A stretch of DNA of 64,000 bases from Smithellaceae bacterium. Its GTDB lineage: Bacteria; Desulfobacterota; Syntrophia; Syntrophales; Smithellaceae. The stretch lies in contig CAXXVL010000001.1 in NCBI GenBank assembly GCA_963667845.2, forward strand, positions 96,001 to 160,000, in the 5' to 3' direction. Position 1 is the first letter of the stretch, and each line of letters begins with the position of its first letter. Below, piece after piece: positions 39,338 to 49,554 of the stretch. The position numbers and the translations under genes were made by a program. The notes under the pieces are model-generated. The model was not told the DNA's origin and did not search any database. It saw only the letters and a list, made by a program, of their open reading frames with translations.

Positions 39338-40297
39338 TTAATCCACTTTTTTCCAAGTCGCATCAGGATTGTAGCTCGTCATCGCCTCGGCGATCTTTTT
39401 CGAATTCTTGCCCAGATCTTTCTGATAGACAATGTCGTCCCTGTTCACGATAAAAGTTGTTATCCCGGACACACCGTAAACAGCCGGATAGGCAACAAGA
39501 GCGAACCCGCCGATCATTTTCTTATCCACGACATAATCGTAAGCGCCGCCCGGTGCATCTTTTCCCTGGCTTTTGAGAATCTTGTAATAGTAACCGTGGT
39601 AAGGTGCGAGTTCCGTTCCGGGCAGTTTCGTGAAGGTCATTTCCTCTTCGCAGGCGGAAGCGACAAGAGGTCCGAGGAGGCTTGGTTGTTCGCCGTCTTC
39701 CGTCGTCCAGCAAAGTCCGTTTTTCTTTCCCGGTTCGCTCGCCAACCGCTGGGCATATTCGCTGATGCCGCCCGCGGTATGCTGACTTGCATACTCCAGT
39801 TGCGCATCAACATAGGCAAGACATACCTGAACGGCGGCGACTTCATTTTTGCCGATTCTGCGCGCAGTGATTTCTTTTATTCCCGCCGGGGTATTGAAAT
39901 GCCAGCGACTGCCTGCTTTGACCACCGGAACCGGCCAGGGCCAGTCCTTTTCGCCCACATGCAAAATCACCTTGTTTGCTCCGGCCTTCTCCAGCCTGTG
40001 CTTTTCCCGATAAGCCTTTAAAAATCCTTCCCGGGTGTCGGCGTCGTCTTCACCGTCAGCCGGAAAGATATCTTTTGCTCCGGGTCCAAACAGGGAGGTC
40101 AGTTGTTTTGCGTCTTTATTCTGAACGGAGGCAATCAGCATGTCGAAGGCTTCTTCCGGTGATGCAAACGTTTTCTGAGTCATTCTGGCCGCCTGAGCTG
40201 CCCCGCCGAAAAGGACGATAAGCGCGGTGGTAACGATGATGGAAAAAGTCGCCACTCTGATCATATTGATTCTTCTTTTTCGCATAAAGATCATCAT
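39338..40297 (-). CDS. DUF2950 family exported protein
   Basis: FASPEEA, WPWPVPVV, RRIGKNE, PYHGYYYKIL, GFALVAYPAVYG...TFIVN. Confidence 0.85.
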   Translation of the reverse strand: MMIFMRKRRINMIRVATFSIIVTTALIVLFGGAAQAARMTQKTFASPEEAFDMLIASVQNKDAKQLTSLFGPGAKDIFPADGEDDADTREGFLKAYREKHRLEKAGANKVILHVGEKDWPWPVPVVKAGSRWHFNTPAGIKEITARRIGKNEVAAVQVCLAYVDAQLEYASQHTAGGISEYAQRLASEPGKKNGLCWTTEDGEQPSLLGPLVASACEEEMTFTKLPGTELAPYHGYYYKILKSQGKDAPGGAYDYVVDKKMIGGFALVAYPAVYGVSGITTFIVNRDDIVYQKDLGKNSKKIAEAMTSYNPDATWKKVD

Positions 40298-40340
40298 TGT
40301 CATTCCTCCGTCCGTCGATACTCAATTCTGGATACCTCAT

Positions 40341-41621
40341 TCATCGTCTCTGGCCCCCGCCATGCGGGGCGCCGCCGCCATGAAATCCTCCTCCGCCCTG
40401 AATCCCTCTTGAGCCTCCGAAGGTCCCACCCATGCTGTTGAACCCGCGGTCCCTCTGCTGCGTCACTTCCCGGCCGCTCGATCCGAAACCTTCAAAGGCA
40501 TTGTTGCGCTGGGCGGGTGCGGATGGTCTGGCCGAGAATGACGGTGCGCTGCTCTTAGGCTGCATGTCCCGCCGCTCCATCCGGGATCCTGAAGGCTGTT
40601 CAAATGGTCTTGTCCTTGGGCTCTCCGTCCGCGGCTGCGTCGTCATCGGACGTCCCCTTTCCGGTCTTCCCTGCGGAACCGTGCCGATGCCCGGCCCCTT
40701 TCTTTCGGTACCAAAGCCGCGGAAAGACCGGCGCGCCTCAACTCCTGAGCGCGGCATCTGGCCGAACCTGCGGCCGATGTCAGGACTGCGGTACTCTATG
40801 CCGCGGCGATGAACCGGGTTGTGCCTCCAGGTCTCCGAGCCGCCGTGCATTCCCGTAATCGGGGGTCTGTTAAATCCCAGGGTTCTGTGGAAGTCGACAA
40901 ATATCTCATGCCGATGCCAGTGGAAACCGCACCAGGGGCCGAACGAACCGAAAAATATCGGCGGGCCGAAAAAGAAGCCGGGGCCGATGACAATACTGGG
41001 GTACCAGAACCATAAGGGAGCGCATGCCGGGTACCACCAGGGACCGTAAACCCAGCAGGGGTCGTATGCAGGGACATAAATAACGTCGGGACGGGCCGGT
41101 TCGATGATAATGGATCCATTATCGGTTGTCACCCTTTCCCTGTCGGTTGAGGAAAGATTGCCCTGGGTCTGAGCTTTGGCCCGCAGGCTCTGGATCGTAT
41201 CCATAACCTGGTCCTGCTGGCTAAGAAATGCATTGCCCAGGTCGTTGGTCAGCTGCAGATTGTCGCTCATCGTCGCCAGCACCTTCGGGTAATGACAGAG
41301 CGATTTTACACTGACGTCCCAGGATTTGTCCCGAAGCGCCTCATCGAATGCCTCCGGGGTCAATCCCTGGTTTCTTTGCAGCCAGCGGTCAGCCTCAACC
41401 ACTTCCAGCGGATAGGTCGATGCCATCAGAATCTGCGAGAGCAGCGCATCCGGATACAGAGCGATGGGGGCAAGAAACCTGTCGAGTTCTTCCTGGGAAT
41501 AAACCCTTGCCTGCGGTGCGGACGCACTCGCGTCGTCAGTCTGTGCCGTGAGCGCTGCAGGCAGAATCAGCGAAAGCACCAACATCAATACGGTTGCCTT
41601 GAAACAATTTTTCATCTTCAT
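40341..41621 (-). CDS. DUF3300 family exported protein with Gly/Arg-rich tail
   Basis: ELDRFLAPIALYPDALLSQILMASTYP, WDVSVKSL, IYVPAYDP; usual partner of DUF2950. Confidence 0.88.
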   Translation of the reverse strand: MKMKNCFKATVLMLVLSLILPAALTAQTDDASASAPQARVYSQEELDRFLAPIALYPDALLSQILMASTYPLEVVEADRWLQRNQGLTPEAFDEALRDKSWDVSVKSLCHYPKVLATMSDNLQLTNDLGNAFLSQQDQVMDTIQSLRAKAQTQGNLSSTDRERVTTDNGSIIIEPARPDVIYVPAYDPCWVYGPWWYPACAPLWFWYPSIVIGPGFFFGPPIFFGSFGPWCGFHWHRHEIFVDFHRTLGFNRPPITGMHGGSETWRHNPVHRRGIEYRSPDIGRRFGQMPRSGVEARRSFRGFGTERKGPGIGTVPQGRPERGRPMTTQPRTESPRTRPFEQPSGSRMERRDMQPKSSAPSFSARPSAPAQRNNAFEGFGSSGREVTQQRDRGFNSMGGTFGGSRGIQGGGGFHGGGAPHGGGQRR

Positions 41622-41890
41622 TTTGTTTTACCTCGTTATTCGGTATGAAGGATCTGTTAAAATGAACAACCGAAACGAATGCAAATGATTGTCGCCCACA
41701 GACGGATCCAATCATTCATTCAAAATTAACGTTATCAGAACCCATTTTGCAACAATAGTTAAATGGAAGAATAATGGTAGCCGATATCTATGGGCATTAA
41801 TTACCGAAAAGCACAGGGAAAAAGAATTATTGCGGGATAAGGCCATGGGATACCGTGAGCGGCTCACGGGTGGCAACTGACTGTTTATCT

Positions 41891-41991
41891 TGAATCCCGC
41901 TCACTCGGGACGAGTGTTAATTCCCTGCCGCTTGTTGCGAAATAATGACGTTCATTTCATACCTCGACAGTTTGCTGCGAGGTGGTTGATT
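41891..41991 (+). repeat. Dispersed repeat family A, long form (copy 4)
   Basis: TGAATCCCGCTCACTCGGGACGAGTGTTAATT...AAATAATGACGTTCATTTCATACCTCGAC...GGTGGTTGATT. Confidence 0.85.
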
Positions 41992-42154
41992 TCTCTTCGG
42001 GAAGTTGTATCATACATGCCGCGTATGAACGCATCGCGGAGTTTCTTCCCGGAAGGCAGAGGGAGCAAAGCCGCTGAGGTTCTGCGCACATTCGGACGCG
42101 TTTGAGGGCGCAAAGAGGCTTTCTTGGACATTCCGGTAGAAAGGAGAGGTATTC

Positions 42155-42388
42155 ATGGAGCAGGGGCGAATCAGAAAAATTTTCAGAGGATTGATCATCC
42201 TGGTTGTGACGATCGCGATTTTAGGCGGTTGTGAAAGCGGCGATAAGGTGATTGACGAGGCGACCGGCAACCGGGCCCTTAAGCAGTATAAAGCAGCCAA
42301 AGAAAAATTAAATACGATCGACACACAGCAGAAGGAAAAATATAAGACGCTTGAGGAAAATGAAGCGCCGGAAAAGCGCTCGGACTGA
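42155..42388 (+). CDS. Small lipoprotein
   Basis: Lipobox LGGC; GGAGAGG RBS. Confidence 0.7.
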   Translation: MEQGRIRKIFRGLIILVVTIAILGGCESGDKVIDEATGNRALKQYKAAKEKLNTIDTQQKEKYKTLEENEAPEKRSD

Positions 42389-42675
42389 TCACACCGAACC
42401 GGGGCGTGAATCGCGTCCGCGGACGGAAATTCCCGCGACTCGCCCTGGCCATTCAGGGGAATAAGGTTTTAATTGTCATTGGTCTGCAGCGCCGCTCGGC
42501 ACTTTGCGAATATCACGCATGTATCATCAGCGTATCATGATCGCGATGCATAATGAGACACTTTACTACATGCGTGCTACATAAAACGCTTGTAGATTCA
42601 AGCATCCTTTCCCATATTAGTAATATAATTAACAATATCAATGTTGTGTATTTATCCGGTATGCGGTCAGGGTAT

Positions 42676-42691
42676 TGGCATGGTGTCTGCA
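42676..42691 (+). promoter_or_regulatory. sigma54 (-24/-12) promoter
   Basis: TGGCATGGTGTCTGCA fits GG-N10-GC; AT-rich tract and TGTATCA...TGAGACA half-sites lie upstream. Confidence 0.6.
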
Positions 42692-42983
42692 ATGCGATAA
42701 GGAGCTTTCCACTGGGCGGTCACGGGCTTAGCCGCCTGCCGCGAACACGAAGGTGGCGGGACCGCTTCCTCAGGAAAGCACATGTTTGATTCACCGGAGA
42801 AGGAAATAATCAGAAAATCAAAAATGCCGGTTATTAAATCGCGGAAAAGAAATAATATCTTAAAACGTTAGGGCGGTAACCGTCGCAATGATCAACTCTC
42901 GCTGTCCGTAACTTTTAGTGCTGCGGGGGATTATCGGCGAAAAATTTAGCGCCTGCTAAAAAAACTGAAAGATGAGGGATAAA

Positions 42984-44231
42984 ATGAAAAGCTGGAAAGC
43001 ATTATGTTGTTGTTTGGTACTTTTTTTTGCGGTCGTGACGTGGGCGGCAACGAGTCAAGCGGAGGAGGTGGTCATCGGATACAGCGGTCCGCTCAGCGGT
43101 CCCGCCGGTGAATACGGCCAGGACAATGTCAACGGTATCGACATGGCCGTCCGCGAAATCAACGCTGCGGGCGGGATCACGGTTAAGGGGAAAAATTACT
43201 TCTTCAAACTCCACCGGCTGGACGACCGGGCGGGAATGGCTGAGGCTGTCGGCAACGCGCGCAAATTCGTTACACAGGATAAGGCGCCGGTCGTGTTTAA
43301 TTCGTCGGCTACAACGATCGGCGCTTTAATGAAGATCAATGAAACCAAGGGCAGTGAATTCCTGATCGTCGGTTATACCAGTTTGCATGCGCTTCACGGT
43401 CTGGGCAATAAACTGCTCATCAATCCCACACCGGACTTTCTCGCTTATGTTGCGGCGGCGTCCGATATCGCCTGGAAGAAAGGATTCCGCAACGGAGCGA
43501 TGGTTGTGACTCTGGGCGCTTACGGTGATGCGTGGCGAAAGAGCTTTCGGTCGGCCTGGGAGAAAAAAGGCGGCAGGATCCTTGCCGACTGTCCGATCAA
43601 CTATTACACCGAAACGGATTTTTCCGCGCAGCTCACCTCCGCTCTCGTTACCAAGCCGGATTTCCTGCTGATCGGCGGTCCTTCCGCTACTACGGCTCTG
43701 GCGGTTGAACAGGCCAGAAGCATGGGCTTTAAAGGCGGCTTTGTCATGATCGACCAGGCCCGGATGGATTTTATAGCCGGCGTGCTGAAGAATATGAACT
43801 TGATGGACGGAACAATCGGCATCGCCAACATTGCGGATCTGACGATGCCGGCCACGGCGGAATTCACCAAACGCTACAAGGATGCCTACAAAAGAACGCC
43901 GACCTGGGAATCCGCATTTAATTACAGCACAATGCATGTCATCGCCGAAGCTATGATCCTCGCCGGCTCCGTCAGTGATCCCCGTGCTATCCGCGGAGCC
44001 GTAGCCAAGGCGCTGCCGATTCTTGGCGATAAATATCCCAACGAGTTGTTCCGTATTCAGGAGAACGGTGTGCTGGATTCCGGAGGAGGTATCCAGAGCG
44101 TGGATAACGGCAAATTCGGCAAAGTTTATTACATACTTTCCTTTCCGAAAAGCCTGGCGGAATTTGAAAAATTCAAAAAAATAAGCAAAACGAGAGAGCC
44201 GGAAAACTGCCTGTGGGTTCCGGTTCATTAA
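42984..44231 (+). CDS. Orphan LivK-type ABC substrate-binding protein
   Basis: Signal peptide, IGYSGPLSGPAGEYG, EINAAGGI, ETDFSAQLT. Confidence 0.85.
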   Translation: MKSWKALCCCLVLFFAVVTWAATSQAEEVVIGYSGPLSGPAGEYGQDNVNGIDMAVREINAAGGITVKGKNYFFKLHRLDDRAGMAEAVGNARKFVTQDKAPVVFNSSATTIGALMKINETKGSEFLIVGYTSLHALHGLGNKLLINPTPDFLAYVAAASDIAWKKGFRNGAMVVTLGAYGDAWRKSFRSAWEKKGGRILADCPINYYTETDFSAQLTSALVTKPDFLLIGGPSATTALAVEQARSMGFKGGFVMIDQARMDFIAGVLKNMNLMDGTIGIANIADLTMPATAEFTKRYKDAYKRTPTWESAFNYSTMHVIAEAMILAGSVSDPRAIRGAVAKALPILGDKYPNELFRIQENGVLDSGGGIQSVDNGKFGKVYYILSFPKSLAEFEKFKKISKTREPENCLWVPVH

Positions 44232-44270
44232 GACAAGCGGTAATCGGCGGATTCGGATCATCGGAGAGAG

Positions 44271-44309
44271 AAAGCCCCCATCCCGGTAGCGGATGGGGGC
44301 TTTTATTTT
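44271..44309. terminator. Intrinsic (likely bidirectional) terminator
   Basis: AAAGCCCCCATCC/GGATGGGGGCTTT stem plus T-run between convergent genes. Confidence 0.8.
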
Positions 44310-44354
44310 CAGGAGAGACGCGAATGCCTGGAAGGCGGAACTGCAAAACGGCGT

Positions 44355-46196
44355 TTATTTCATGAGCACTTTCAAATCATTAATAATCGCGCGGTAATCC
44401 TGATATCTTTTATCCGGATTCTTTTCCATCATTTTCCCTATGATGCCCGACAGTGCGCTCGAAAGGATGGGGTTCATTTTCTTGAGGGGAACCAGGTTCT
44501 CCATCACGTGCTTGGATAGAATGGAATCGACTGTGTCTCCGTCAAAGGGAGGCACGCCGGCGAAGAGATGATAAAATGTGGCGCCCAAGGAATAAATATC
44601 GCTGCGGCGGTCCAACGGGCGGCCCGTGCTGCACTCGGGAGACGCATAAAGCGGCGATCCCACCATGCCTTCGGTTTTTTTCTTCTTTTCCGTATCATCA
44701 TTGACGACCGCCACGCCGAAGTCCACTACTTTTAATACGCCGTGATCATCGATCATGATATTCTCCGGCTTAATGTCGCGGTGGACGATGTTCTGCTCGC
44801 TGACAAAATCGAGCGTCCGGCAGATGGTGATGAAATGTTCCAGACCTTTTGCCGTATTGAGATTATTTCTATCCTTGATAATGTCGGCCAGCGTACCCCC
44901 GCGAATGAGTTCCATGGCAAAGAAGAGAACATCTTCCGAGTGATCGATGTGGTAAATTTGCGCGATATTGGGATGGTTCAGCCGGGAAACCAGCTGCGCT
45001 TCCTTCACAAACATGTCCCTGTAAGAGTCGATCATGGAAAGATTGAATGAAATGATCTTCAGGGCCACATCCCGCTCCAGAACAACGTCCCACCCTTTAA
45101 AAACACCGGCCATACTGCCGGCGCCGATAAAAGACACCGCTTTATAATTGCCCAATTTCTTTCCGACGAGGCTGCGATAAAACTTTATTTCCAGTGCCCG
45201 ATCACTTCCGGAATCTTCCACTTCGATATTCCGCACCTCCGGCGTATCCATTTGCATGACCATGTTGGCATCGATCAGTTTTCCGAGAGGCGACTTATCC
45301 GTCAAGGTGTGTTTTTTCGCCGGAAGTTTTTCCGGCGCGTCGTTTTGTTTGAGAATGTAATGATACGTTTCGTTCCATTCCGGAGAATTTTTTATGATGA
45401 CCCCGATTCGCGCCGACATCTGGTGATTGCTGATCGAAATATGCTTGACATGACCTTCCAGGACACATTTCCCCTCGGGCAGCCCAACTCTGACGTAAAG
45501 AGGCATATCGAGTTTGCCGAGCAGAGAGGTTTCCATCATCAATCCCTTGATATGGGCATTGATGACTTGACCGGGCATCCAGAAAATGGCATCGCGCGAT
45601 AATTCAACGGGGATCGATTCCTTTAAGATGGTGCGTTCATGATATCGGCGATGCTCCTCGGCTACCCCAGAGATGTCACTTTTCGGTCCGGCCGATGTTT
45701 TCCGACGCCCGTCACCGGCTGCGGATGCTCTCTTCTCTTTGGTCATCGCCGGGAATCTTCTGCCGATGCGTTCCGTGAGAACTTTGGACGCGTCCTCTTC
45801 CGGCGTATCCACAATGAAGTCATTCGCGCCCATATCGAAGGCCTTCAAAACCATGGCGACCTCGTCCTCTATCGTGCGGACCGCATGATCGCCCGTTCCC
45901 GCGTCCGGCGCCCCGCCGGCGCTCTCGGCGCTGTGGATGGAGACAAAAAATACAAAGGGAATCTCTTTCAAGGCGGGACTGTTTTTCAGTGCATCAAGGA
46001 AATCATAGCCGCTCCCGTCGGCAAGCTCGCTGTCGCTGACGACGAGGACCACGGAATTGCTGCTCACCAAGTCGAGCGCCTCACTCATGGCTGTTGCCGT
46101 CAGCAGTGAATAACCGGCATCCGTGAGCGACCGGCCAACCGTCTCGAGAAAATTCTTTTCACGATTAGCCAGAAGTATGTAGCTTTTAGTATCCAT
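44355..46196 (-). CDS. Receiver-like + PilZ-like + Hanks-type Ser/Thr kinase fusion
   Basis: Kinase motifs IGAGSMAGV, VALK, HRDIKPEN, DFG, YASPE, DIYSLG; N-terminal REC-like domain; central RYHER...NAHIKG. Confidence 0.82.
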   Translation of the reverse strand: MDTKSYILLANREKNFLETVGRSLTDAGYSLLTATAMSEALDLVSSNSVVLVVSDSELADGSGYDFLDALKNSPALKEIPFVFFVSIHSAESAGGAPDAGTGDHAVRTIEDEVAMVLKAFDMGANDFIVDTPEEDASKVLTERIGRRFPAMTKEKRASAAGDGRRKTSAGPKSDISGVAEEHRRYHERTILKESIPVELSRDAIFWMPGQVINAHIKGLMMETSLLGKLDMPLYVRVGLPEGKCVLEGHVKHISISNHQMSARIGVIIKNSPEWNETYHYILKQNDAPEKLPAKKHTLTDKSPLGKLIDANMVMQMDTPEVRNIEVEDSGSDRALEIKFYRSLVGKKLGNYKAVSFIGAGSMAGVFKGWDVVLERDVALKIISFNLSMIDSYRDMFVKEAQLVSRLNHPNIAQIYHIDHSEDVLFFAMELIRGGTLADIIKDRNNLNTAKGLEHFITICRTLDFVSEQNIVHRDIKPENIMIDDHGVLKVVDFGVAVVNDDTEKKKKTEGMVGSPLYASPECSTGRPLDRRSDIYSLGATFYHLFAGVPPFDGDTVDSILSKHVMENLVPLKKMNPILSSALSGIIGKMMEKNPDKRYQDYRAIINDLKVLMK

Positions 46197-46269
46197 AGTC
46201 CTTGCGATGAACGTATCCAGTTATATGAAGAAATTCATTTTGCAAACGGCTAATTTATATGCCGGGCGC

Positions 46270-47124
46270 TCACGCCTGCTTGGGGCGGTTCGCGTTCGGT
46301 TTGATGCAAACATGTAAAGCAAAGGACTGGTTTCCCACTTGAAAGATGAGCACGGCCACGGAGGTGTTTTGCAGATATCCGATCTGGTGGCCGGGACCCA
46401 CAACAATGGAGGGCAGCGAAATCTCAAAATGATAGGGCTTCCCGACAAATTCCTTTTTCGTGGTGCCGCTGATCATGTTGATGATTTCGCTCACGCCGTC
46501 ATGAATCAGTTCCGCATCGATTGAACCTTCTTCCGTTCCCATCATCTTCGCAATGATCATTTTGGCCAGATCCCAGTAGAACGTGACCACAAGGGTCCCC
46601 TCGGCATCACCGGAGAGACCCATGATCCCTGAAACGTCACCGAATATTCTAATGGTATTGGAAAAATAAACTTTTTTGAATTTAACATCCACCCCTGCCA
46701 TGGTGTTAAGGATATGGCACGTGTTGTTGATAAAAGGTTCCAGGTATTCAAGTTCTTCCGCCAGGGGGTCCCTGCTTGGAATTAAATAACCATTGATAAT
46801 ATGTTTGCAGGCCGGCGGCGGGTCTGATAAAGACAGCACTTCGGTGGCGCCGGCGATAATATAGGGTTGCGACGGGAAGTCCCGTTTCTGACCATGAAAG
46901 AGAATGATGGGAATATTCTGGAAGCTGCAGGCATACCGCAAGTTGCAGATTTGCTGAACGACATGTTCCTGATTCTTGCTCATCCACAAAATAATCATGT
47001 CATAGCCGCCGACGGCCATCCCGTCGTGAAACTTTTCGTATTCGATATAGGCATTTTCGCCAAGCAACTTTAGAATATCTTTTTCGGCTTTCGGACTGCA
47101 ATCAAGTCCCAGTATTTTCTTCAT
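46270..47124 (-). CDS. CheX-family phosphatase with N-terminal degenerate receiver-like domain
   Basis: GDVSGIMGLSG, DGVSEIINMISG (ExxN), ISLPSIVVG; GGAGG RBS before ATG 47124. Confidence 0.82.
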   Translation of the reverse strand: MKKILGLDCSPKAEKDILKLLGENAYIEYEKFHDGMAVGGYDMIILWMSKNQEHVVQQICNLRYACSFQNIPIILFHGQKRDFPSQPYIIAGATEVLSLSDPPPACKHIINGYLIPSRDPLAEELEYLEPFINNTCHILNTMAGVDVKFKKVYFSNTIRIFGDVSGIMGLSGDAEGTLVVTFYWDLAKMIIAKMMGTEEGSIDAELIHDGVSEIINMISGTTKKEFVGKPYHFEISLPSIVVGPGHQIGYLQNTSVAVLIFQVGNQSFALHVCIKPNANRPKQA

Positions 47125-47252
47125 AGAAAAGAAACCTCCATTTCGTGTTCGCTGTGAATCCTCGGGATCGCTGATAAAATTCCGGGTATGCATCGGCGGC
47201 TGCGGTTTTGCTCCGGCAGCGCCCGGTTTCCGATATCCATCTGCCGCATCTC

Positions 47253-47624
47253 CTATTTCTTATTCAGCACTTGATGAATTGCATCTTTCAGTTGATCCGG
47301 CGTAAAAGGTTTTGTGAGATACCCCTGTGCACCGGCGTCGACGGCTTCCTGAATTCTGCTCTCTTCGGACTCCGTGGATACCATCAACACGGGAATCCTC
47401 TTAAAACGATCATCGCGGCGCATGTTTCTTATCACGTCGATACCGTTCAAAACAGGCATATTCCAGTCCAGAAGCACGATGCGGACATCCGCGTAATCGG
47501 TTTCCAGAATATTCATGGCGTCCCTGCCGTTGCTAGCCGGAAGAGCCTCGAACCCATCCGAGACGACGGCTCTTTCGACAATGCCGCGGACCAGTCGCGA
47601 ATCATCTGCAATAAGCACTTTCAT
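47253..47624 (-). CDS. Single-domain response regulator (CheY-like)
   Basis: IADDS, LLDWNMP, VSTE, LTKPF all intact. Confidence 0.9.
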   Translation of the reverse strand: MKVLIADDSRLVRGIVERAVVSDGFEALPASNGRDAMNILETDYADVRIVLLDWNMPVLNGIDVIRNMRRDDRFKRIPVLMVSTESEESRIQEAVDAGAQGYLTKPFTPDQLKDAIHQVLNKK

Positions 47625-47868
47625 TTTCTTACTCTCCTTATTCATTAAGACACTCCTTGAGGCGGATTTACTTTAAATCTTCCCTATACAGTTCTTTTTA
47701 TAGGGGGAACGGCGTTGTCTGTCAATGACAATTTATCTCCAAATACCGCGCAAAGCCCGTCACGTAAAGGAACGATGCGATAAAGCCGACTCTTAATTCC
47801 TTCACGGAGTATAGGCGTCATGCATTCAGCATGCGGCATCATGGATCTGAGGCGCAGCGTCCTCCCTG

Positions 47869-49548
47869 CTATAACCGCCACAGGAGTTTAAGTTTATTCA
47901 CAAGTTCTTTTTGCCGCTCATCGATCGCGGCCGGCGTCCATTCCCTGTGCTGTAAAACCTGCGCCGTGAGGATGAAGGGCGACGCGCCCCTGCCGGCGGC
48001 AAAATAATAATTCTTCATTTTTTCGAAATCAAAATTTTGCGCCTGCACACTCTTCCCGCCGGCGAGCAAAACCAGATTTCCGATGCGGTGCACACGCTGC
48101 AGCCTTTCGTCCGCCGCGGGAAACCATTTAATCCAGATGCTTTCCTTGCCCGGGTTTTGCGGAAGGACATGTTCTACCGAAATGACGGGCTCCTCATCAA
48201 GAATTCTTCCCCCGGCGAGTGCCGAGTCGAGCCGAAGGAGAACGTATCGCCGGATTCGTCTGGCGAGGTATAGATCACCGGCGAGGATCTTCATGATCAG
48301 GCCGATTTCGCCGGATGTTAATTGAAGCGGAGAATTTGCGGCATCCAGGTCGGCTTGTTCTTCGATGGCCGAAAGAAGCCGCTCATAGCGGCGGAGGCGG
48401 GAATACGCATCCGCCCGCAAAATCATCAGCCCCGCCGCCAGTCGTTCAAGGTCGGTGAAGAATCGCTCGAGTTTGCTCTGCGCATCGCGGTTTTGGGCCA
48501 GGTAGAGGATTGCCGGCGGAACCCAGTCGAAGTTGTCGATTTGATTCAGCCAACAGAGCATTGCATTGACGGTCCAGGCGTCCTGATCGCTTGAATACGA
48601 TGCCGTCCTGATGATTTCGAGATAGTCCGAGTAAGGCCTCAGGACGTCATCAATGAATTTCTGCGGGTTTTTTTGCGGCGGAATATGCTTGCGATACTCA
48701 AGAAGAGCGGCATCCCGCAATTTTGTTTTGCGGTAAACCAGCCGGATATGGGCGAATAATTCCTGGAAGGTCTCTTCCTCCTCGTCCTCCCAGAACTTGA
48801 TGTACGATCCCTGTTTTTCACCCGGAAGAGACCCGATCATTTCCGATCGGATCAGATCGATCAGCCTGAGATCCTGCGTACGTGCGTTCAGCACGGAGAA
48901 CGTGTGATAGGCCGATTCGATATCCGGGGCGGAAACGGCAATCAGAAAACAGCGCAGCATCAAATATTGCAGAAGCCTCTGGCAACGCATTTCGGGAAGA
49001 TGGGAAAGAGCCTCTATGAAAAAATTTATATGGTCCAGGACGTTTCTTTGGTTTTCCGTCAGCTGTGAGTCGAATTGCACGGGACTCTGCGTCTCTTTTT
49101 CATCCTGAATAAAATAGCGGAAGAATTCTTCGTCGCCCTCACGCAATTTAGGCCGGTAGCGGTCGGACATTCCCGCGATGAGGTCGCCTTTTTCGTATTT
49201 GCATACGGCAAGCATGGCGGAAAATTGGTTGGGGAGTAAGCGGCGCAGGGCCGCCAGAAGAATTGCAAACTCAGTCAGCCGTCGTCGCCCGTCAACGACG
49301 TTGACGTCCGGAGCGCCCTCTCCCTTGATCAGCGCTATACTGCCCAGAAAATAGGGTCGGGTAAACAAAACGGGCTGTGAATCGTTTTCCAGAGCAGCCA
49401 ACAGGTCAGTCAGCAGTTCCCCGGCCTGGTGCGCCGTCCACGTGTAAGGCCCGGGATAGAGAGGCACCGTAAACGCAAAATCATTTTTAAAAATTTTAAA
49501 CAATGCTTTTGGAATGACCTGGATGGTTACCGGCGTACATGGTTTCAT
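47869..49548 (-). CDS. GmrSD-like type IV restriction protein (DUF262 + DUF1524/HNH) with degenerate motifs
   Basis: YFLGSI, VVDGRRRLT, FSVLNAR, SVEHVLPQ, IGNLVLL. Confidence 0.8.
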   Translation of the reverse strand: MKPCTPVTIQVIPKALFKIFKNDFAFTVPLYPGPYTWTAHQAGELLTDLLAALENDSQPVLFTRPYFLGSIALIKGEGAPDVNVVDGRRRLTEFAILLAALRRLLPNQFSAMLAVCKYEKGDLIAGMSDRYRPKLREGDEEFFRYFIQDEKETQSPVQFDSQLTENQRNVLDHINFFIEALSHLPEMRCQRLLQYLMLRCFLIAVSAPDIESAYHTFSVLNARTQDLRLIDLIRSEMIGSLPGEKQGSYIKFWEDEEEETFQELFAHIRLVYRKTKLRDAALLEYRKHIPPQKNPQKFIDDVLRPYSDYLEIIRTASYSSDQDAWTVNAMLCWLNQIDNFDWVPPAILYLAQNRDAQSKLERFFTDLERLAAGLMILRADAYSRLRRYERLLSAIEEQADLDAANSPLQLTSGEIGLIMKILAGDLYLARRIRRYVLLRLDSALAGGRILDEEPVISVEHVLPQNPGKESIWIKWFPAADERLQRVHRIGNLVLLAGGKSVQAQNFDFEKMKNYYFAAGRGASPFILTAQVLQHREWTPAAIDERQKELVNKLKLLWRL

Positions 49549-49554
49549 AAAGAT

